A stretch of DNA of 64,000 bases, taken from positions 7,998,001 through 8,062,000 of the forward strand of contig CM102287.1 in NCBI GenBank assembly GCA_046563655.1, in the 5' to 3' direction. Below, one piece after another: positions 9,606 through 22,588 of this stretch; position 1 is the stretch's first letter, and each line of letters opens with the position of its first letter. The DNA comes from Yuukianura sp. NJ FZ-2021 (lineage: Eukaryota). Under the pieces are notes generated by a model that worked only from the letters and a program-made list of their open reading frames with translations, was not told the DNA's origin and did not search any database. The position numbers were made by a program, and so were the translations under genes.

Positions 9606-12600
9606 TTAATCAACTGCTGTTCTCGATGCGTTCAACTTAATTCCAGATTTAGCAACATAGCTTGTGTATATTTTCATGTCACGCGGTGACGGATTTCTGG
9701 ACCCTGTATAACCTGTTTGAACGTACGTTTTGTAAATGTTCCTGGATACCTAAAGATTCAATATTCACACAAGTTAAGAATTGTTATTAACGCCAGAACG
9801 AGAACGACATTTCTCAGAAATTTTAAAATAAATATTGAGATGAAGTGACGCACCTTCGAAACAGTTGGAGGCGTGACCACGTAAGCACTATCTTTAGAGA
9901 ATCCGCTTAATGGAATGATCGCGTGAGAGCTCTTGAGCGGTAGACCAGCCAATGTCATTGGTTTTGCTGGTGGATGTATTTGTTGAAGGTTTACAAATCT
10001 TCAAAACGTGAAAAAAAATGATTAATAAGAAACGTAAACATCTCCATTTGACTAGAAGTTGTAGTCAATTTACTCACTTCTTGTACATTGAAATGTCAGA
10101 CTTCCGTGGGGCCTTAAGCTCAACACCATACGACTCCTTCATCGTTGGAAAAAATTTGGCAAAGACAATTTCCTGACCTCGTATCAATCCTCCTCCGCCG
10201 TTATAGCAGGAACTTGCCATACTGGAATTGACTTCATCGCTGCTGGAGTATTCAGATTCAGAGCTAAAGAAAAGTATAACTTCAATTATTTTCACTTATT
10301 CCTCATCTTTTGAAAACATTATTACTCCCATTCTGACCTTGTGCTGGTTACACTGGAAGTACTGATGCTCATAATCGTAGGATTCTTGAGTGTTAGCGTC
10401 TTGGACTTCTTACTGATGATAGTTTCTTCCTGTCGTTTCCCCGGTCGCGCTCTGACGACGAAAGGACTAAAATCTATTGTTGAATTCGGCATGAAATCTC
10501 TTACGGAATGACTAATTTTGAAGGCAAACACTTCCGAAAGAGGAACCAATTCTCGTGGACGATAAAAGTCCTCATAAGTGTCAACATCCTCAGGGTCACA
10601 ATTGATTAGGTGACATGTTTTGTTGAGTTCGTGGCAACTCAGAGGCAGAGCTCGCATCACATCATCTGAGTACCACTCTGTTAATCTGAAAATTAACAAG
10701 TTTTTTTTGAAAATAGAAGTTGATTTATGGACTTTCGAATAATATATTCAAACGTACGGCTGTATGTCGGATTTCTCCTTGTCAAGGAATCGGAAGTTAG
10801 GTTTCAGGTGAAGATGAAGATCATTTTCAAGCGTCCAGAGTGGAAATGGCTCCGCAGATGGAACGTATTTCCCAAGGAACAAGTTAATAGCATTCTGTTT
10901 CTCAGCATCTTGGACAATCCAACAAAAAATTATTTCAATTAAACAACTCTTCAAAGGAAATTAAGAAAATACTTACCTGAAAAAGTATTGGAGTAATATC
11001 GAGACAGGGTTTGCATGATATCGTTTCCCTGAGATGTCCACGGTGCAGTTTTTCTGTAAGTGTTGATACGATGAACTAATTGCGATCCTCCATATTGAAG
11101 TGCCAGCGTGTCGCCATGATCTTCATACAGTTCTTCTAACATCCGAATCACATCCGACTCAAATTGCAAATCAACGTTATCTCCTAGCAAGCCAAGTGCG
11201 CGGAACTGTTCCAGAAACGAACCAAAATATAGAATATAAGTTAGTAAACAACAGATTAATCTGTTGGTTTCTGACATACTTGGTGAGCTAAGGCACATTT
11301 CCCAATTGCAAATTGTGCAGTATTTGTTCGGTCCAAGCAATCGACACAATTGACCCGCACGAGTCCGGTCTGACGACGTCCAAACGAACTCTTCTTCTAA
11401 AAAACATATCAAACTGCATGAATCCAGTCTTCGACTGAAAATCGGACATGAAAATTCAAATTTTAGCATTCCAAAGCCTACCTCATAGTCGTGGACGCGA
11501 TCAATTTTGGTATCCAGCTTTTGATGCGTCTGAAAGAATCCAGTTTTCCTAATCACGTCTTCTGAGATTTTGGCAAGCTTAGCCATAACATCTTTCTCCT
11601 TCCTGAAAGTAACAAACTCTGTAGAAGCAGTACAAAAGCATAAACAAAAGTTAAAAAAGTCCACTAACGTCTTATTCGTCCGTGCCATATCAAATCCAAT
11701 GTAGTGAATCTGATGTTTCGGATGAAGAAATTGGTTCAGGGTTGTAATTGCAGTTAAGAATTCATGAGCCAAAATACTTTCATGCTTCCGCCGCTCCTTC
11801 TTTTTCACCAAGTTCAGAATGACTAGTGGACTTCCAAAACGATTCAACAAGTATCCAAAGTGTTTTCCCGCCGTCTCAGCGAAGGGATCCGGAATGTCGA
11901 GGCCAATCGGCGGTTTTGGAACCATTTTGGAAATGTCTTGAGACCAATGAGCTGGAATCGAACCACGCATTTGCACGAAAGAGGTGAACCGGCCTCGCTT
12001 GAATGATGAAACGCTGGAATCGAACACGATTTGTTCCGTTTCGACTTCGTTTGCCACATTACCCTAACACAGAAAATTCAAAGAACTTTACCTCGACACA
12101 ACTGGATAATAACGATTACCTCAGAATCTGCTCCACGTTTCAAAAATCTGGTTCCGGCGTATTGGCTTGACCGTCGTGCAATTAGACACATATATAACGG
12201 TTTCCCGTAAATTGATACATTCGATTGGCCGATAAATCCGTGAGTTACATGCAGAATCCAATCCGGGTGAAGCATATTTTCAATTGGCTCTAACAATTTT
12301 GAGTTCCAGACGAATTTTCGATTAGCAAGATTCCGAATACCCTGAGCCCTGCAAAAAAGTGTTTGTATTGACGTCATATTTTCTATGCTAGTAACATATG
12401 AAAACTAAGAATTTACATGTGAGTTGGATTTTTCGATTTTGGTTCGTCCAATATGAGATTTTTCGGAGGACAAGCATTGAATTGCAACGTGTTAGTCAAA
12501 TCATAGCTGTACCTGTTGGAAAAACAAAATATTTTTAGTACTTCAAGTGCTGAAAGGAAACAAATTCATTTCATTCACTGATTGTGTAATAACTTTGTTC

Positions 12601-13244
12601 TCACGTAAAATAGAAATTACTTGACAAGTCAATGCTCTGGAAAAGTTTCAGATAACGCAGTTCGTCTGGATTTTTGGATAAACCTCCAGAGGGAATGTAA
12701 ATAGAAGCAGTGTCTTCAACTTTATAAACAGCATGATGTCCAATGGTGGCAATTTTTCGACGACGGGTAATCAGAACTATGTAGTACCCTTCCAGAAACT
12801 GTATGAACCCAAGAATCCCGAACGCAGAGATAGTTTTGGACAGACTCCCTGTGCTAGATTTTGAGTAAATTGATCCAGCAGCTAATGTTGACAGTAGTTC
12901 CTTGATTTCTTTGACGTTGTATTGAACTGGGTCTTCTACGACGACAAGGTCTTTGGGCTCCATTCGATCAATTTTGAGAACCCGGAATTTCGTTTCTCCT
13001 TGATTTGACCCGACAATGAAGAATCTCTAAAAACACAATTCAAAGTATGAATTACATCTAGAATTGCCAAAGAAAATCTCGACTATGCACTAAATCAGCC
13101 ATGTCAGAGGAGAGATTAAATTGAACATACCGATCTCGTTTCGTATAAAACGACTTTTTGAATTGTAAGGCAGTAAGGTCTAAGCATTTCCGCTTCTGTT
13201 TCATTAACTTTTATTTTCTTTGGTCCCTGTCTATTGGCTTCCAT
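9606..13244 (-). CDS. FIG4: Polyphosphoinositide 5-phosphatase FIG4/Sac3, multi-exon
   Basis: Sac-domain motifs [37 protein letters not shown], catalytic [12 protein letters not shown] (CX5RT) and [11 protein letters not shown]4-type N-terminus ([19 protein letters not shown]...[11 protein letters not shown]). Stop at 9606-9608. The start codon (13244) is tentative. Confidence 0.95.
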
Positions 13245-13945
13245 CTTGCGCAGTTTTTCAACGTCCTCTGCTGTTTCAATTTTAATTGATCTGCAAATGA
13301 AAAACAACAATAATTATTATTTATCCGATTTATATAAGAATGCAAGGGCTTTCTGTGGAAATTCTTCGGGGATACCGTCAAAATAATTAGCCATACGCCA
13401 TACCACGTCACTAATCTTGTAATCTTCCTTTACAGTCCGTTTCAATCGTTTAAACAAAACAAACAATTTAATTTTTAAAACAAATCTCTGAATTTAATAT
13501 GTAAGTTTGTGGGTTTCACCCGACATTGCTGTCCTCCATTTGCACCAAATGCGGACATCGGAATACAAGGATTGATGGTACACGTTATAGTCCCCAAATA
13601 TTGATTTCTATTGGAAAGATAAACGTGATCGTTTTTAATATATTAATTAATTTATTAAATAGAATTACTTGCTTACATATGTCATTATTGGAGCTTATTT
13701 AGCGTCATCTTTAATCATAACTTTTTCAGTATCCTTCCCAGAAGTGTAGAGTGCGGGGCGTGTGCGTGTCATTTTCAAGATTCACCTAAGATTTAACAGC
13801 TGTTCTCTTGTTGTCTATCATTGATTACCATTACTGACTAGGTGGTCGTCACTGGACAGCTTGGCAATCAATTAATCAGCTGTTTTACCGTTACTATTTT
13901 AGATTAAAGCCTGTTCATTGATTTGTGTAGACATTTTTGGAGAAA
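13245..13945. promoter_or_regulatory. Divergent (head-to-head) promoter region between FIG4 and zeta-COP
   Basis: About 700 bp separate the two oppositely oriented start codons. Confidence 0.5.
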
Positions 13946-14837
13946 ATGGAGAGTTCACTCTTGGTAAGTTAACATCAAAACTTTACAAAACAGTGTTTTG
14001 AACCTTTCATAGCGAAAATGTGTTTAAAAAATCTTACTTTTACTTTTGATCGTATGATCTCGGAAAATTCATACTAATTGAATGACGATGTCGTTTTTCA
14101 GGATCCTACGTTGTACATCGTGAAGGGGATGATCATTATGGACAATGATGGAAACCGGATTCTGGCCAAGTATTTTGATTCAGCTACATTCCCATCGGTG
14201 AAGGAACAAAAAGCATTTGAGAAGAGTCTGTTTTCTAAAACACATCGAGCCAACTCTGAAATCATTATGCTGGATGGTCTCACTTGCTTGTACAAAAGCA
14301 ATGTTGACCTTTTCTTCTATGTCATGGGATCTTCCAATGACAATGAGGTAGTACACATAATAGCTTCAATAAAATTGGATCAATCCATTATTATACTGTT
14401 TGGAATTGCAGTTGCTGCTGTTGACTGTGTTGCATTGCCTCTACGACTCCATTAGCCAAATATTGAGGAAGAACGTCGAAAAGAGAAACTTGATGGAGAA
14501 TTTGGATGTTGTTATGCTAGCTATGGACGAAATTTGCGACGAAGGGTACGCTTCTTCTACAACCGTCGCTAGAAATGAAAGAATATAAGTATCGGTTATA
14601 AACTTGGATCTTAAATCACCTAATTTTTTCAGTATCATCCTAGAAGCTGATCCTACTCAAGTGTGTCAACGAGTAGCTCTTCGTGCTGACGACATTCCAA
14701 TTGGTGAACAAACAGTTGCGCAGGTAAGTGTCCTTCTTTTAATGCTTGCCAAAATACAGTCCAGGAATTTCATTTGTTCCTTTTTGTAGGTGATTCAGTC
14801 TGCAAAGGAACAATTTAGATGGAGTTTGCTGAAGTAA
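13946..14837 (+). CDS. COPZ1: Coatomer subunit zeta
   Basis: Exons 13946-13963, 14102-14347, 14412-14545, 14633-14723, 14790-14837. Protein [15 protein letters not shown]...[11 protein letters not shown]...[12 protein letters not shown]...LRKNVEKR...DEICDEGIILEAD...[13 protein letters not shown]. Confidence 0.96.
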
Positions 14838-15407
14838 ATCTTTTTTTATCTTGATGTAAATTATTAATTTTGCCAATTCATTTTTTTGGAAGAATTAAAA
14901 GTTGATCATCCATCAATCAATCGCAGAATCTTGCATTATAGGAATTGCACGGAAGCGTTTCACTTCTTTTCATAGCAAAATAATTAATAACTTAAGTTTT
15001 TCCAGAATCAAGAGGTAGTTCAGTATCAAGTTCGCAACAATCATTCTTTGTCAAATCTGGATTCACGATTTTGATCAATCGATTAATTCGCTTTTATGTC
15101 CAAAAATCATGTACATTTTCAATTGATTCGGCTTATTCTTCTGACGCTTGAAGTTCCCACCTCAGGTATGTTTTGGTATTGGCCGGCTTCATTCGTTCTA
15201 CGTGGACTTTTTGCCCTGTCAAAAAAATTTGTTTTTTTCCCCTTGTCTGCGTGTCCACCTTCCACCTGCTCTGCTCCACTCCAGCATAGGCTGTCTCTCT
15301 TCGTCGGCTTTTTGAGTTGTGTCAATCATCGTTTGTTGTTTGTTAGCAGTTGACACCTACCTGGATACCGGGTAATTTTGACCTTAGGAAGGAATTAACG
15401 TGACATC

Positions 15408-18400
15408 ATGGTGGGGTCAACTGGAGGGACCTCTGCCTCTTCAGCCAAGAACAATCATGGCACTACAAGTAAGTCCAAGTCAGCGGCTGCTGCCAACAAT
15501 TCTTCAAATAACCATAAATCAGCTGCTGCAACAGTCACTAGCAAGGGGGATGCTACCAAATATGTTGGGTCACTGAGCCTCATTACATTCGCTGTACTTA
15601 CCATTGCCTGGCTAACTGGATTCCTTTCCCGTCTCTTCTCTGTCATTCGATTTGAATCGATTATCCATGAATTTGATCCCTGGTAAGTTACAATTTTGTC
15701 CAAAGTTTATTGTACTTGTAATTTGCCAGTTCTTCGAGCTAATGATGAACGTTTGTTTTATAGGTTCAATTATCGAGCCACAGCGTACATGGTGGAGCAT
15801 GACTTTTACAAGTTCCTGAATTGGTTCGACGACAGGTAAAGATCGATATTTCGAACAAGTAATTGATAAGCTGCTTAACTTCCAAAATAACATATAATTT
15901 CATTGTAATAGGGCGTGGTACCCGTTGGGAAGAATTGTCGGTGGAACGGTGTACCCGGGTCTTATGATCACCTCCGGATCAATTCACTACGTCCTTTCAT
16001 TGCTCAACATTCCTGTCCACATTAGGGACATTTGCGTATTCCTTGCACCAGTGTTTAGGTATTCTTGTCCACAAAGCAATTTCATTTGTATTTTCATCTT
16101 TAAGACTTTGCTAACTTGTTTCTGTTTGTGTTTTCAGTGGCCTAACGGCAATCGCTACTTATTTTCTAACAAAAGAAATCTGGTCACCAGGTACGATTCT
16201 CAAGGAATAATCGACTAATCATCTTGACCGTGAGGTTGAATTTAACATTTCGTGTTTCAGGGGCTGGGCTTTTTGCTGCTGGTTTCATTGCCATCGTCCC
16301 TGGGTACATCAGTCGGTCCGTCGCAGGATCCTACGACAATGAGGGGATTGCTATCTTTGCCTTACAACTTACCTACTACTTTTGGGTTCGCTCGGTCAAG
16401 TCTGGATCAGTATTTTGGGCAGTTGCTACTGCCTTGTCGTATTTCTACATGGTATCTGCGTGGGGAGGCTATGGTAAATGCTCTTCCTTAACGTTACGAA
16501 GTCATTAGATCAACTATATTTGCTTTAAATTGATTATTTGTCATATTTGCAGTGTTCATCATCAACTTGATTCCACTACATGTCTTTGTTCTGCTGTTGA
16601 TGGGACGGTTCTCATATCGCATCTACACTGCTTACACCACCTTCTTCATTCTCGGACTGTTGATGAGCATGCAGATTCCATTCGTAGGATTTCAACCGGT
16701 TAGAACCAGTGAGCACATGGCATCTGCCGGTAAGCATAACTTTACTCAAAAGTAATCATATTGTTTTATTCTAATCCAGAACTAATTGTTTTCTACACTT
16801 CCTAGGAGTCTTTGCCCTTCTGAATGCCGTCGCGCTTTTGAAATATCTACAACGGTTCTTGAGCAAATCCGAATTTCGACACTTCTTTCTCCTCGCCAGT
16901 GGGGTGGCAGCGGGTGCTGTATTTGTCACAGTCGTTGGACTGACATACGCTGGAGTCATTGCTCCATGGAGTGGACGATTCTACTCGCTCTGGGATACTG
17001 GATATGCCAAAATTCACATCCCGATCATTGCCTCTGTCTCTGAACATCAACCGACGACATGGTTCTCCCTCTTCTTTGATCTCCATATCCTTGTCACTGT
17101 TTTCCCAGTGGGGATTTGGTACTGCATCAAGAAAGTCAACGATGAGAGAGTTTTCAGTAAGTTTTATACTTTAACAACTGACGATTGAGAACTAACTTTT
17201 GGATTCGTGATTTTATTTTTTTTTACAGTTATCTTGTACGCTCTATTTGCGGCCTATTTTGCTGGTGTTATGGTCCGACTGATTCTTACTCTCACACCAG
17301 TTGTCTGCGTCCTCGCCGCCATTGCTTTCTCATCTCTCTTTGAAATCTACTTGAAGGATGAAGAAAGTCCGGAAGGGGACCAGGCTGGGAAGAATGACAA
17401 TCTCTACGATGAGGTTTGAATTCGTATTTGTCTCTTTTTTTGTCTAAGCTTATTGAATCTTATTGGCTCTCCTTTCACAGGCAGGAAAAGTTAGAAAAAT
17501 GCCTCACGAACAAACCAAAGATGAAAATTCGGTCGGTGGAAATTTGCGAATAATAGTCTTGATTGCGGTGCTCTTCATTCTGCTTCTCTTTGCTGTTCAC
17601 TGTACTTGGGTCACTTCGAACGCTTACTCTAGTCCAAGGTAACGGAATTACATTAAATATTTGCTAAAAGTAACAAGACAAAGGAATCGAAACTTACGCA
17701 GTTTTTTTTAACTTTCAGTGTCGTTCTTGCTACTTACGATCAGAGTGGGAGACAAATCCTCGACGATTTCCGAGAAGCTTATTTTTGGTTATGGCAAAAT
17801 ACGGATGAGAATGCTCGCATAATGTCATGGTGGGATTATGGATACCAAATAGGTAATTAATTGGATTTTGGAAGAAATGTTTTCACATGCAGTGTGGAAT
17901 TCTTGTTTCTAAGTTGGCCATGGCCAGTTCAAAGTAGGAACTAAATATTAATAACTATTGATAGCTGGAATGGGGAACCGAACGACTCTTGTGGACAATA
18001 ACACTTGGAATAACAGCCACATTGCCCTTGTAAGTTTCTTCATGCAGCACAACAATTTTTAAAATATATTACATTTAAGTTCTGTTTAGGTTGGAAAAGC
18101 AATGTCGAGTACTGAACCGAAGGCCTACGAAATTATGACAAGTCTGGATGTCGACTACGTTCTAGTTATTTTTGGAGGTCTCATTGGCTACTCTGGTGAT
18201 GACATCAACAAGTTTCTCTGGATGGTTCGTATTGCCGAAGGAGAGCACCCACAGGACATTCGTGTACGTATCCAAACCACTTTTGGTGATTTCATCAGTG
18301 CTTTAATTAATGAGGAGTAGGACTGTAGAAGTCGAATTTAATGAATGCTAACCTTATATTGATTTTTATCCTTCAGGAAACTGATTACTTTACTGCCAAA

Positions 18401-18914
18401 GGAGAATACCGTGTCGATGAAGAGGCTTCTCAAACCATGTTGAATTGTCTCATGTATAAACTTTCTTATTATCGCTTCGGGGACGTCAGGGTAAGAAAAT
18501 ACGAATTAGTTGACCTTATGGCTTATTTATTACGATTTGGAAGCAATTTGTCTTTGATGCAGATTGGAGGTTACACCGGATTCGATAGGACACGTAACTC
18601 AGTAATTGGAAATAAGAACATTGAATTGACTTACTTGGAAGAGGCATATACGTCCGAGCATTGGTTAGTCAGAATTTACCGTGTCAAGAAACCACACGAA
18701 TTCAATCGACCCAGAATTCCACGAACAGCAAGAAAAGTGAAGACAAAGGCAACTATTACCAAAAAGGTAAAGCAACTTCTGCGAATATTGTTTTTCTCAC
18801 CATTTAAGACTGGCTTCATTAATTTTTGTTAATTAATTTTCATTGAATTTCAATTTTTAGACAAGCAAAAAGAGGAAGGGGACTATCCGTACCACAACTG
18901 CTAAAGCCCAATAA
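15408..18914 (+). CDS. STT3B: Oligosaccharyltransferase catalytic subunit STT3B, multi-exon
   Basis: [24 protein letters not shown] (B-type), [25 protein letters not shown] (~17828), [34 protein letters not shown]. Last exon 18861-18914. Confidence 0.96.
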
Positions 18915-19777
18915 TGACAGCAGTTCTCACGGAGAAGAACGCAGGCGACCAATTTACTTTAATTTACTACGGAAAACCAAAAAAGAAGAGTTAAAATTAA
19001 GATTACTAGAATCCATGGAGAGAAAGGTAAAAATGTTATGGAAGATGAGAATGCAATATGGATTTCAAATATGAGCAATTTAACTTATTGTGATCACTTC
19101 TTCTGCTGCAAATTGTTCACACCTTATTTTCTGGGCAAAGTTAAAACATTTCCACGTTAATTTTCAAGATGAATTGGACTTGCCACTTCTTGACAAATTC
19201 CTAACTTTTAATTTTCTGTTTCTCTCCCCCCTGCAGAAGCATTGTCCACTTCCTAAAGATTATACTGGGCTGCTAATCATTACTTTCTTAGTAACTGTTT
19301 AACGACTTACTTTTAATAGGTTCTTAGTTTAGTACTCAACTTATTGGCAAATCCTTGTTTGTTGTCTTTTCTAAGTGAATGTTGCCGTTCTGAAGAGAGG
19401 AAGGGCTTTGTTTAGTCATTTTCATTTGTTTTCTTGTTATGGGATTCAGAAGCAGTGATTTTGAAGTAAAATTGCTTCAATAAAACTGAAATTTGAAGGT
19501 GGACAAGCATTTTCAGTTTCAAAGCGAAGCTGTCTTTGGCTTACTATTGAAACCTACATTCGAAAGTCTTAGTATCAGTTAAATTAATGACTCTGGTTAA
19601 TCGTGTAAACAATTAATTTCCTGAGTGAATGACACATTACCTTTTTATACTGTCCAACAAAACTGTGGAGTACGCAGCTTTGATGGCAGTGTTAAATTTT
19701 AGTTTAAGGTTTTAACATCGATTCCGTTTAAGGTCAAAGTGCAACAGAAATCTTAAAATGAAATTGTTGTTTGAACA

Positions 19778-22588
19778 ATGTTTTCGTGTTCTGTGGTACT
19801 TTATGTATGGACGCTTAGTTCCTTCATAGCCAGCGCCATCAAAATTCACAGTCGCGAGTATTCAGAGAAATCCAAATTGGTTTTGTTCCAAGGAACGAAG
19901 CGATTTGTGCTGGATGGAAAGGACTGTCCAGTTGGAATCACTTTCACCAAGCCAGAACGCTTCTCATGCGCCTGCGTTACTGGAGTGTAAGATCTTATGA
20001 TATTAAATTAAAATTTTACTTGATTAGTTTGTCTTTGTTGACTAATTTTTAACAACTACTTTCAGATGGGCATTCTATGACGAGTGGTGTGCTCCGCCAG
20101 TAAAAGTTGTCGGAGGTGTAGATCATTGTTTCTTGATGCCACCATTATGGGTAAGGTATTACAAGTTTTTGGATGATTTTGGATTGAAGTTTAATAAAAG
20201 TTTAATTTTTGTTTAAGTTTCAGCAAGTTATGAGTTGGTCAAATCCGTTGAGAGTCCTGGACAAGACGCTCACCGCCTTCGACGGAGACGAAGCTTACGT
20301 CAAGGTCAAAGTTTACCGAAATACTCACATGGACCTTGCCAACACCTCTTCCTTTGTTACCAATAATTCTTCATGGACGCTTCTGGGACCAGACGGACAA
20401 AAACTTTGCCTCAACGCTCGTCCAGAAAATAAAATATTTGCGCACAGTCTGAGTCATACGGAATCGCTGCGCGCGTCGCTCTTTTGTCACTTTAGTCAAG
20501 TGGATCAACACATTCCAGAAGTTAAAACGTTCAAACCAGGATGCAAAGGAAAATTCCGCGAGGTCAAACCTTATAGATGTGACAACTTTGAAGATCCAAT
20601 TGGTACGACAGTCCAAGTCCAAAAATTATTAAATTAATTTGGTTTTGTCTGAACATATTATTCATTTTCAGGTGAATTCATTTGCACTCAACCTCAAGTT
20701 GTTACAGATTTTGACCGATTCAGTATGGCATCAATCGTTGTGCCAGAATTCAGAACAAGAGCCAAGCCAATTGCTTCAGATCCAGACCGCGAACGCGAGA
20801 AGTACCCTGCCGACACTTTCAGTATGGTAGAACCAATGCTAACTGAAAAGATTGACAACTTGGAGTCAAGACCGAAACAAAACTGGGATTATCCTGGGCA
20901 AGAGTGGAAGCGTGACAAAAAATCATCCGAAACTGTAACAGTGCTGGAAACGGAACAACCAGAAATAATGAATCCCGTGAAGAGTTCAGAGAAGAATGTC
21001 GCAAATGAAAGATTCGTTTTGGACATGGAACGAGTTGCTGAAGCAGAAGTCCAACCGGACCAAATTTTTGTAGATTTTCCTCCGGAAAATTCCGAACCCG
21101 AAATCCAGCCTGACAATGCTGAAGACGGCGTCTCTTACACTATACCTCTTCTGCAACCCATCGATTCATACGCTGCTGACGTCAACACTGACACAACTCT
21201 GCGTCGCAAGAACCCAGAAGAAGAATCAGTAGACGACGGAAACCATGGAACTGGTTTGAAAAATCTTGCTGTTATGGCCATCTTCCTTCAAGTGTTCTTT
21301 ACACGGAGTTTAAATTGCAATTACTAATTAATTGAATTTTGTTTCAGATTTAACCGAAGAGAATTTCCTGGACTTCAATCCACAAAGTTCAGAGTCCAGT
21401 TCCGTAGTACTGACACAGTTATTGGCTTATCACGAAGAAAAGATTTTGACTATCCTGAACTTAAACCGACAAGATGACCTTGACCCTGTGCCGCCCACTC
21501 AAATCTTCCAGCTCCTCAACATCTCTACACAAATAATGCAGCGGACATGCAGCATCGTTCCGCCAGAATTTGTCAACATGAGTCTCCAAATATTTCTCAA
21601 CGTCCAGCACAAACACATCAACTGGAACCCGCCGTTTATTAACAACTTCCAGTTCCAGCGAATTCGACATTCACTGCTAAAGTGTCTCAGAAGAGCTCAG
21701 CCATTCTTTTCTGAGCAAGGATCTTCGAACTGTAAAATCCAACAGCACCCAACTACTGTTTTCTTGGACGAAGTGGAACTTGGATTGACTCTTGACCCAG
21801 TTTTTAATTCAGATGGATTTGAGCCCATAATTGAATCTGTTTGGAAAACTGTTGTGAACGCTCACTCTTACTGCTACGCCGATTTCAGCCACTTTTACAA
21901 CGATCACCATCAGTACACCGTCTTCTTAGCCGCCATTTTTACAAACAAAATTTATCAACTCTGGTGAGCTCTTGAGTTTCACAGATAGAGAAATTTTGAA
22001 TTTGAATTAATTTGTTCCTTTTATTTTCGCTTTGGCCTTTACTAGGTTTCGCAATTTGACTCTGCGAACAGAATACAACGGAATCGCTGGAAATGTGCGA
22101 GATCTTTTGGAGAGAATGGAGCGATGTATCGCTGTGAGTCGTCTTGTATCCGCGTATCCTTGGAGTCTAAGTCGGCCTAGTCTGCACCAAAGTTTCCAAA
22201 AACAATCCAACATGTAAGCTGGCTTACTGCATCACACAAAGCAACTACAATAACTTATTTTAAAGTATTTTTAAAACAAATCAATTTACAATTTCTTAGG
22301 TTTAGCACTGATAGACGAAAACGACGCGACTTGCGATCCAAGAAGATTCGAGTTCAGCTTCCAGCAAACCTGGAACCACTGAAGCACAAGAGTAAAGCTG
22401 AAAGCTCTGACAAGATCCAGTTGCACAAAACTTCCAGTGCTGATGACACCGCTGCAACAAGCACTATTGCACATGAGCGAACCAAAAACTTCGAGTGGGA
22501 GACAAGTCGAAGAACTTTTAATGGTTTGGGCGTTTGTCTCAAAAAATTCGATGAGCCAAAGGTCAAGTTGGGTCAAATGTGCGAATAA
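19778..22588 (+). CDS. Unrecognised multi-exon gene, probably a secreted protein
   Basis: Seven segments (~19778-19986, 20067-20150, 20224-20602, 20672-21253, 21349-21963, 22047-22213, 22300-22588) join in frame via GT-AG introns. Signal-like N-terminus, Cys-containing N-terminal region, acidic linker and an RRKRR polybasic site. Confidence 0.7.

Larger units (their letters stand above)
8446..11383 (+). repeat. Tandem segmental duplication, copy B (~2.94 kb)
   Basis: Collinear with 5464-8437 and separated from it by the 8-nt spacer GTAAATAC (8438-8445). Confidence 0.92.
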
